Below, piece after piece: positions 53,174 through 64,000 of a stretch of 64,000 nt of DNA. The notes beneath the pieces are model-generated. The model searched no databases and was not told the origin of the DNA. It was given only the letters and a program-made list of their open reading frames with translations. This DNA comes from Octopus sinensis (taxonomy: Eukaryota), in the NCBI RefSeq assembly GCF_006345805.1, contig NC_042999.1:159340001-159404000 (forward strand). Direction: 5' to 3'. The position numbers and the translations under genes are program-made. Each line of letters begins with the position of its first letter. Within the stretch, counting starts at the first letter, position 1.

Positions 53174-53611
53174 GGATCTTTTCGGTTTGAACGGCAGTTT
53201 TTTCTAGCGGTGTCATATGAAATTGTCACCCATAATCATGACCCTAGTATCGATCTATTGCATTTCAATCTGTTTTAGGGTTAGGGTTAGTTAGGTTTAG
53301 GGTTAGGGTTAGGGGTGGGAGGAAGGGTATCTTTTTTTCTTCACAAATGTAAATAAGCCCAATCTGTTTCTTAAACGAGGGACATATTCATACGGCACAG
53401 AATGTTTTTACCTTAATGGACATCAGTGATTGGTTGAAATTGAAGAAATTGAAGATAAAAAACAACAAATATCTTACAAACTATAGAATTTTCTCAATAA
53501 AACCAAGAGAAAAAGATGTTTTATAAACACATTCTACCAGTATACGAAGTTTAAAATTTTTTAGTTACCTAGAAATTATGTTAAAAACTGCCGTTCAAAC
53601 CTAAAAGATCC
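53174..53611 (-). mobile_element. MITE copy 4 (opposite orientation)
   Basis: TSD gcattttg / gtattttg. Carries a ttagggttagggttagttaggtttagggttagggttagggg tract. Confidence 0.92.
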
Positions 53612-53745
53612 GTATTTTGTGTATCATTTTCACATATTCGGTAAGTACGGTCGACAAATTTGAATATATTTTAGTATTAAGTTGATCTCAATGACGATGC
53701 ACAGAAGGTTATAAGTTTGTTGGGGTTTCAATTAAAACTAAAGAA

Positions 53746-53989
53746 TTACTCTTTTACTCTTTTACACGTTACAGTCGTTTGACTGCGGTCATGCTGGAGA
53801 AACGCCTTTAGTCGAGCAGATCGACTCCTGGACATATTCATTGTAAGCCTAGTACTTATTCTATAGGTCTCTTTTGCCGAACTGATAAGTTTCGGGGATA
53901 TAAACACACCAACATCGGTTGTCAAGTGATGGCGGTAGACAAACACAGGCACAAAGACACACACACACACACACACATACACACACGTG

Positions 53990-54057
<68 letters not shown>

Positions 54058-54270
54058 ATATTTATATATGTATATATATATATAGAGAGAGAGAGAGAGT
54101 GAGAGACGACAGGCTTCTTTCGCTTTCCGTCTACCAAATCCACTCACAAAACTTTGGTTGGCCTGCGGCTATAGTAGAAGACACTCATTCAAGGTGCCAC
54201 GCAGTGGTACTGAACCCGGAACCATGTGGTTGGGATGCAAGCTTCGTACCACACAGCCACGCCTGCGCCT
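53746..54270 (-). mobile_element. Family B SINE with expanded internal (CA)(TA)(GA) microsatellite
   Basis: Both family B halves are intact; the internal tract is about 160 bp versus about 50 bp in other copies. Confidence 0.88.
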
Positions 54271-54451
54271 GTTTAGAAAACTTCAGAGTCATCATCCGTA
54301 AGAACACCAAGTGACTTTCTAAAAGTCAATGTATAAAGCAAAATCGAAGAAAGATATTAATATTTTAATTTTCTCCTTTTCTCCCCTCTTACTCTTTTTC
54401 TCTTCTCCCTTCCCCCACCTCACTCTCTTTCTTTCTTTCTTTCTTTCTCTC

Positions 54452-54494
<43 letters not shown>

Positions 54495-54803
54495 AACTCG
54501 CTCGCTTGCTCTTATGGGTGAAGGAGTTGGCTACGAGGAATTTATTCCCATATCCGCTGCTATAGTTAAAGTTTTGAGCCATTGAGCTCGACGTAACCAG
54601 CAAAGTGTTTAGCATATCTACTTGCCATGGCCACACCATGGCCTGTTTACAAAACTCGTCATAGAAAGAAAAAAAAAATCCAATTTAAGGACAAGCTCAG
54701 CAAAGTAGAAGATGACAGAGGCGAGAGTAACTGTCTAAGAGGTATTTAAGGGCGAGAAAACCACCACATTGTGGAATGATGGTGAACTGGGGTTTAATAT
54801 CTA

Positions 54804-55063
54804 AAAAAAATGTGCCTTTTCTTAAAGCCTAGTCAGGCTCATGGGCCCCGTTTCCCGGTTTCTATGGCGTATGTGTTCCCCAGCTGGACGGGACGCCAGT
54901 CTATCGCAGCGTTACTCATTTTTTGCCAGTTGAGTGGACTGTAGCAACGTGAAAGGAAGTGTTTTGCTCAAGAACACAACGCGTCGCCCGGTCCAGGAAT
55001 CGAAACAACAATCTTACGATCATGATGCTCTGACACTTTAACCACTAAGCCACGCGCTTCCAC
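54804..55063 (-). mobile_element. SINE, head D + tail Y, with 14-bp TSD
   Basis: TSD gggtttaatatcta at 54790-54803 and 55064-55077. Head matches 28.5 kb; tail matches 44.1 kb. Confidence 0.9.
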
Positions 55064-55471
55064 GGGTTTAATATCTAGAGTGAAGAAAAATGTAGAGGAA
55101 TTTGATGGTAGGGAAGAGTTAAATCGATGAAGTGCATGATTAGTAATATGAATCTAGGAAGGAGTGGCAGTAACCAAGGGTAATAGAATTCTACCGAAAT
55201 ATTTAGAAAGGTGAGGTAGGGCAATATTTAGTGAGGTGGGGCAATTGCAAGAGGAGACGATGCCAGGGTTGCTAGGTTTCTGAATTTGGCAGGAGAAATA
55301 GACTGTGGAGTTGTGGGTGATAAGATTGATAGCAATGAAAGCGGGAGAGGAGGACTACAGACAGGAACAGAGATATAGCTATATGTATTTACGCGAATGC
55401 TTCTGATATTTTTTATAATAAACATATCAAATCAATCCGAAGTAATGATCTGTAAACATCGTTATACAGTA

Positions 55472-55855
55472 CTAGCAGTATCGCCCGGCGTTGCTCGGGT
55501 TTGTAAGGGAAATAACTATATAAGCATTTTTAGAGAGTTATAGCCAAAAAATAGCAAAAAAATGCATTAAAAATGGAAAAAAAATTATGGTAAATTTTTT
55601 TTTAAATCGTTGACTCATCGTAGACATTTTTAGAGAGTTACTTTCCTTATATAATAGCGAAAAAATGCATTAAAATGGAAAAAAATGATGGTAAATTTTT
55701 TTTTTTAATCGTAGACTCATCGTAGACGCGCGCTAATACCCAGGGCTCGATATGAATCACGACTATAAGATACCCGGTTTTGGATTAACTGCACCGCAAA
55801 ATGTGGGAGTAGTTAGGAATCTAAATCGTAGGAGACAGACACACAACTTGACTTA
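55472..55855 (-). mobile_element. Non-autonomous Helitron, second copy of the 30341-30733 family
   Basis: Reverse complement ends cccgagcaacgccggg-cgatactg-CTAG|T. 5' TC terminus not seen. Confidence 0.88.
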
Positions 55856-56406
55856 TCTGTAAAAAGACTTATCATTAATCTGTTGGGGTTTGTGATGGGA
55901 AATTGCGGTAAAACCTTTGAACAGATGGAAAACAGCCTTCTTTATAACACAACTTCATCATAAATCCGAATATATTGTGTACGCTATATTATCAGTGTTA
56001 TATCAATATAAATTTCTTTTACACTATATTATCAGTGTTATATCAATATAAATCTCTTTAATTGTATTAAGTATGAATGAATACTTCTTCATTGGTATTT
56101 ATATTTTCTATCATTAAATGAAACTATAGAGGAACAGACACTGGTTATGTTTTGCAAGAAAGGAATCATCTAAACACGTTAATTGAACTTCGGTGCTAGT
56201 GTAATCTCCTGGAAAGTTCAACTGAATGAAAATACACTCTGTGAGGATGAAAAAAAAAACGACAATTCATATCCGTTACGGAATTTAAGCATTCATATTC
56301 TTTGCAAATACCAAGCAGCTAAATTCATTGCAGTCACCCATAATTTTCTAGATAAGAATACATTACAAAATCTGTGTTTATCTTTCAACGCTAGAAAGAA
56401 AATCAG

Positions 56407-56823
56407 GGATCTTTTCGGTTTGAACGGCAGTTTTTTCTAGCGGTGTCATATGAAATTGTCACCCATAATTATGACCCTAGTATCAATCTATTGCATTTCA
56501 ATCTGTTTTAGGGTTAGGGTTAGGGGTGGGGGGAAGGGTATCTGTTTTTCTTCACAAATGTAAATAAACCCAATCTGTTTCTTAAACGAGGGACATATTC
56601 ATACGGCACAGAATGTTTTTCACCTCAACAGACGTGACTGATTGGTTGAAATTGCAGAAATTGAAGACAAAAAGCAACAAATATCTTACAAACTATAGAA
56701 TTTTCTCAATAAAGCCAAGAGAAAAAGATGTTTTATAAACACATTCTACCAGTATACGAAGTTTAACATTTTTCAGTTACCTAGAAATTATGTTAAAAAC
56801 TGCCGTTCAAACCGAAAAGATCC
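56407..56823 (-). mobile_element. MITE copy 5
   Basis: Perfect 8-bp TSD aaaatcag on both sides. Confidence 0.93.
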
Positions 56824-58080
56824 AAAATCAGTCCTGAACAATGTCTAGCCGGAAAGATATGATTCCTGAATTGAGATGGTGAGCTCTATGAAACACTAAA
56901 TATGACTCAGATTTATGTTGGAAATCGAAACATGACAGCGTATAGGGTTTGTCTGCCAAGAGCTCCACGATAAATTATCGCACGTCCCACTCTTAAATTA
57001 TGTTATAGTGTTATATACAGTTATGTAGATATCTATCTGATTGTTTTGGGGTAAGTTAATATTGAATGTAATCTCACATGAACATCAGCGGTAAGTCTGA
57101 GATATAATGCAATAGTTTTACAAGGACATCCTTAGCAAAATTATATTTCATTGAATTATTTCTATATTTCTATAGAATTTAGGCGTTTGTTTTGAGGCGA
57201 TATTGACTTTGGGTGTCTGGCATATATTTAGAATCAAACAATCAATTTATTCGTTTTAACAGAATAAAAGAAAAAAACATAATTATGTATGTTATTGTTG
57301 AAATAGTAATCAGTAGCCTGTTGATTCTTGCATGTCATTTACCAAATTTATTAACTTGGAGATCAATTAATTGATGAAAGAGATGGCTGAATACAATTTG
57401 ACGTTTATCTATGAACTTCTTAAAAGTTTCTCTTAATTGAATTACTGAAGTCAATTATTAAGACTATGATTTCCTCAAAAAGTAAATTTGGTTAATTTCT
57501 GTAAATCGTCTCTGCATCTAAGCAGAAAAGAAAACAGCTGATAGTGGCCAATGGAAAAGCTTCTCGGTAGCATGAGAATAATTCAATATTCGATATTTTT
57601 ATAGCATTCATTTGAAAATAACAATCATAGTGTTTGGTGCTGTACTATCTTCATTAGATCATGTTTACAGCAAACGGATGTAGATGAATACACCACAGAC
57701 ATGGCGCAATACATGAACATAGAAAATACAACTGTGAATCGGTCGGAAATAACCCAGTGAGAATATTTGTATACTAAGCGAAAGTACGGCGAGGTCAAAC
57801 AAATCTAATACAGTGAATTGAGAAATTACAATCATTTGGAATTATCTCAGCAACAAATGATTGAAAACTCCCTTCGAAGTATTTCATTTCTACTTGCAAC
57901 TAAAGGAGATATCTTCAGTGCGATCAGTTGATCGATATTTTGCTGTGGAAAAAATTTAGTCAATGACTTTTAAATAAAAAGTTTTGATAACGACAGTGTT
58001 TCATTATATACTGTTTATATATCTTACATGAGATTTAATCGCCTTCTGTTACAAATGCTTTTCACACAGATGTATATATA

Positions 58081-58113
<33 letters not shown>

Positions 58114-58288
58114 CTGTGTCTGTGTCTGTGTGTATGTCTCTGTGTGTGTGTGTGTGTGTGTGTAAGCAAAAAATGCTAGCTCTAAAATATCTCGAGGAGA
58201 TCAACGTATTAGTTGTACTGACAAGTAATAATTGTAGCCACTTGAACATGGCTGTCCGTTCGAGCAGACTTTACTGCGATATTTTTAA

Positions 58289-58886
58289 CACCAAGAGGAT
58301 AAAATTGCGAGCAGGGGAGCGAACTCCTACCATCTCCTAGCGACGGAACCAGCAGACCAGTTCTGGCCTCGGGTTAGTTTTGTTACTCCACACTACTGGA
58401 CACCTCGTCTGCTAGAGATGGTAGCAGATGATCGCACTAGAGTCCGCTCGAAGAGACATACATACGTTTTTCGGTGAGGATCTTGGTCTGTACTCGAGTA
58501 ATATTCATGATGCCGACCGAGAAGCAAACAGAAATGGTAACAACATTCCCTTTGGATATAGGAATGGATTTTGCTCATTCAAGTGTTAATATTTAGCAGT
58601 CAAACAAGAAAATATTGTTGACCAGGCAAGGAATATGGGTATTAATGATGTGTCACCAGTGATAATCATTACAAATACATTGGAATTGGCGAGAGTAATC
58701 GCATATGCTGGTGCTTGAGAAAGAAACAGCATTTCAGCACACTTAGAGGTACAGTTATCTGAGCAGTCTGCATTCAATAAAACTGTATCTCGCAACGCTT
58801 TTGACGTGCCAGTGCTAGTACCAACATTTCGAACACTAGACTCATGGAATTCCTCAAATTGGATTTCAGGACTAAGAGGATATTAA
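58289..58886 (+). pseudogene. Decayed ~200-codon reading frame of unrecognised family
   Basis: One +1 frameshift (T5 run at about 58467-58471) and two internal stops (58587, 58716) link HQEDKIASRGANSYHLLATEPADQFWPRVSFVTPHYWTPRLLEMVADDRTRVRSKRHTYVF / GEDLGLYSSNIHDADREANRNGNNIPFGYRNGFCSFKC*YLAVKQENIVDQARNMGINDVSPVIIITNTLELARVIAYAGA*ERNSISAHLEVQLSEQSAFNKTVSRNAFDVPVLVPTFRTLDSWNSSNWISGLRGY. Confidence 0.45.
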
Positions 58887-59254
58887 CAACAGCTGGTAAC
58901 TTCCATGTCATCAGCGGCAGTAACAAGGAATGAGTCATAGCATTAATCCGGACAGTCTTTGGGCGCCGCATCGAGTCACTTAGACAACTAAACAGTAGCG
59001 AAATGAATGCATTGCGTGTATAATCAGAATAAAGGTTAAATATCATGAGGTAGGCGAACATCACTCAAGTACACCGGATTTACAGCTGCTCAGTTGATAA
59101 GGGCCAGCGCACGAAACTCTTGCTCCTTAAGTCACTAACTTCTACCGATTATATATATATATATATGCATATATGTATGCACGCGTTTACATATACATGC
59201 ATATAATCGTGCATCTATGTATCTATACATACACACATGTGTGTATAGACACAT

Positions 59255-59322
<68 letters not shown>

Positions 59323-59720
59323 TATGTACTTAAGGGTTCAGCAACGATTTGCCTCACCACACACCGAATTTAGAAATAGCAGTCATATATACATATGTAT
59401 ATTATGCGTGTGTGTGTGTGTTCGTGCGTATGTGTGTGTTATCGGAGTCGTACCATTCCGGTGGACTGGTGTAATATTTAGATCATGGTTAGAAATGCTT
59501 TGCAGTATTCGATAGGGATCTTCGTATTCCGGATTGTTAGTTATACTGTTTTTATAGGGAGCGTTTGCTGAGATTATACTCTAGCAAGCATTTGGTATAG
59601 TGTAGTGCTTTAGCTTGAGGATAATTAACTATCTATCTATCACCCCCTCAGAGGCCCTAAAAGAATTAAGACTCATGACCGCTACTTCCAGCATAACGGT
59701 AAAAAAAGCATATACACAGG

Positions 59721-61124
<1,404 letters not shown>

Positions 61125-61164
61125 TATATATTCAACGACGTGCTTTCACAAACCAAATTTCTCA

Positions 61165-61230
<66 letters not shown>

Positions 61231-61338
61231 GTCTATATATATGTATATATATTTATTATAAATGATTTTACGCATTTCGTTTGTTCGTATGGTGCTTGGT
61301 CACATTTCATACGAACTTTCGCAGGCATGATGGGGGAG

Positions 61339-61435
61339 AATGCTGGTAGTTATTTAGCAGGCAGACTTGGCTGATGAGAAATCACGCGCCTAGGTGGCGC
61401 TAAATTTCGAAACTGGTACTGAGTTGACCAGCATT
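61339..61435 (+). ncRNA. Type I hammerhead ribozyme motif with intact core and extended stem I
   Basis: acttgg-CTGATGA-gaaat-cac-gcgcc-taggt-ggcgc-taa-atttc-GAAAC-tg-GTA-ctgagt, enclosed by a 9-bp helix aatgctggt/accagcatt. Confidence 0.85.
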
Positions 61436-62503
61436 TACTTGTTCTGACCCATTTGAGGTAAGACATTACTATTGTTCACTGATATTTTTCCTATCTTGTC
61501 TGTAATGGATTTGTAACTATTCGGTGGTACAGAAGTATTTTTCGACTTCTATATTGGCGATATAGGTACTCATGTAGTACCCTTATATACATATCTAATA
61601 TTGTATGTATATATTTTATTAATTTGCCTGTACGGCTAATAATTACTTACCACTTGAGATGGTTTTTTAATAATACCATCCCTATATTTATATATAATAT
61701 ATATATATATATATATATTATACAAGTATACATGCACATGCATATACACACATGCACACGCTTACATAATACATACATACATACACTACATACATACATA
61801 CATACATACATACATACATACATACAATGTTTGAACAAACAGTTTCAAATAGTTTTTTTCTTCTCTAACAGGAGAAATATCGAGTTTTTCAGTTGGCATA
61901 TTACTTTACATCACGACGAAAATATTTTTCCATATACTATACCGTCGTTTACAGAAACTTGTCCAGAAAATATAAGCAGTAAATTTCGTATGAAAACAGA
62001 AGAAAAGTGTTAGCAAATTTTAAGTCCAACTTCTGGTGATGATTACTTATACAAGATGATTATTTACAGGATGTCAAAGATGGTCCATGTTTAGTAAGAA
62101 TGTCAGCATCGTTTAGTTACAAAATGATGACTAAGATAACGAAAACATTTTAAGATTAAGTACTATAAAACATCTAGAATTTTCCTAGTAACCGGAAATT
62201 TCCCTTAGATAATTATATTTGAAGGCATCTGCACGTAATTTATTCCGAAAACATTTCGTTAACCCTAGTTCAACTCTGTTCAAGACGATCTATGAGCAAA
62301 ATAATTCCATTCGTGACATCCCGTCTTTTTTCTAATACGAGACACTCTAAAAGATATCTAATGTATACCTCTCTTATAAATAGCAGAGTGTAATTTGGGA
62401 GATTCGGTTACTATTTCTAGCATGTCAAGCAACGACCCAGAAGCTAATATTGAACCGTTTTACTGTAAATTTGTATTCATTTCATCATTTTATTGTAATT
62501 ACT

Positions 62504-62822
62504 GGATCTTTTCGGTTTGAACCGCAGTTTTTTAAAATAATTTCTAGGTAACTAAAAATGTTCGTATACTGGTAGAATGTGTTTATAAAACATCTTTTTC
62601 TCTTGGCTTTACTGAGAAAGTTCTATAGTTTGTAAGATATTTGTTGATTTGTTTCTTCAATTTCTGCAATTTCAACCAATCAATGACGTCTATTGAGGTA
62701 AATAACATTCTGTGCCGTATGAATATGTCCCTCGTTTAAGAAACAGATTGGGTTTATTTACATTTGTGAAGAAAAAGATACCCTTCCCCCCACCTCTGAC
62801 CCTAAAACAGATTGAAATGCAA
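62504..62822 (+). mobile_element. MITE copy 6, right end missing
   Basis: Left TIR intact; similarity stops after ctaaaacagattgaaatgcaa. Confidence 0.9.
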
Positions 62823-63291
62823 ACAAAGTAATTTAAGTAAAGGTTGCAATAATTATAGAACAAACAAATAGGAAGTTTAAATCGTGAGCACGTATTCAAG
62901 AAAATGCACGTGTACACCACCTACTCTCCCTCACCCTCTCACTCTTTCTATCTCTGATAATATATGTGCTTGAATGAATGGAGAAATTCTGGCAAATATA
63001 AGGACTGAAATAAGAAAATAATAACAAGTACTTTTTATTAGTACATCTTTTAGAGGTTGTACAATGAATACCAGTGAAATTCATTTTTAGGTCATGTTAA
63101 TTAAGAAGAATTGTCAAGCTTTCAAGAGGATTCCAATTTTGAAAAGAAAACAACGTGTTATACAATTCCAATTGTGTTTTCGTTTATATTTAACCGAACT
63201 GAGAGTTCGGTTTTCATTAAACATTCTGCCATTACTAAGCTGAATGTGTTTTCTCAAATAAGACTCTGCTGCTGTTTACATTTAAAATATT

Positions 63292-63704
63292 GGATCTTTT
63301 CGGTTTGAACGGCAGTTTTTAACATAATTTCTAGGTAACTAAAAGATTTTTAACTTCGTATACTGGTAGAATGTGTTTATAAAACATCTTTTTCTCTTGG
63401 CTTTATTGAGAAAATTCTATAGTTTGTAAGATATTTGTTGTTGTTTTTTTTCTTCAATTTCTGCAACTTCAACCAACCAATGACGTCCATTGAGGTAAAT
63501 AACATTCTGTGCCGTATGAATATGTCCCTCGTTTAAGATCAGATTGGGTTTATTTACATTTGTGAAGAAAAAAAGATACCCTTTCCTCCACCCCTGACCC
63601 TAAAACAGATTGAAATGCAATAGATCGATACTAGGGTCATAATTATGGGTGATAATTTCATATGACACCGCTAGAAAAAACTGCCGTTCAAACCGAAAAG
63701 ATCC
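63292..63704 (+). mobile_element. MITE copy 7
   Basis: Both TIRs intact. Flanks aaaatatt / aaatattt share 7 bp. Confidence 0.92.
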
Positions 63705-64000
63705 AAATATTTCCATCAAAACTTACAGCTTTGTTCTCTGATTTCTTGTTTAAGGTTTTACTGTACCACTTAGCTTATTTCGTTGTAAAATGTTGTCTGT
63801 AATAATTATTCAATATCTGTTTTCGCTTAGAAAATACAATAGTAGTATTAAATAGGATTTCCCTGTTAACTTAGTTGCGTGTTTACTTCGTTCTTTTTAT
63901 ATATTTTATTTTATTTTTTACTTTTATTATTCAAGCCTTTGAATAAATATTAAATTCATAAGCACGCCAAAAAAAAAATTTCTGAAAAGTCCTTTGTGAG

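Noticed and set aside
55981-56060. Two tandem ~40-bp copies (ctatattatcagtgttatatcaatataaat)
   Set aside because: Real but an ordinary slippage duplication, as is the ~25-bp triplet at 14350-14430.

Overview
AT-rich, repeat-saturated eukaryotic DNA. The SINE, LINE and microsatellite content suggests a cephalopod (Octopus-like) intergenic or intronic region; this is an inference. I recognise no intact host protein-coding gene, and most ORF-track entries are microsatellite or SINE read-throughs. Retroelements: several tRNA-derived SINE families with interchangeable heads and tails, RTE and RLE-type LINE relics, one long frameshifted Penelope-like element (RT + GIY-YIG), and a divergently inverted Penelope-like 3' fragment pair. 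DNA elements: mariner, Helitron, hAT-MITE and possible piggyBac relics, plus seven clustered copies of a ~430-bp MITE (8-bp TSD) carrying telomere-like repeats, two of which bound a 1.63-kb tandem duplication. The most notable signal not explained by the ORF track is a set of sequence-unrelated hammerhead-ribozyme motifs: two with complete catalytic cores and extended stems (2448-2567 minus, 61339-61435 plus) and two minimal variants in Penelope-like tails. Also notable: a 293-bp locally templated inverted copy fused to the 5' end of the Penelope element, a tRNA-Glu/SINE-tail chimera, and a decayed ~200-codon reading frame of unknown origin at 58.3-58.9 kb.
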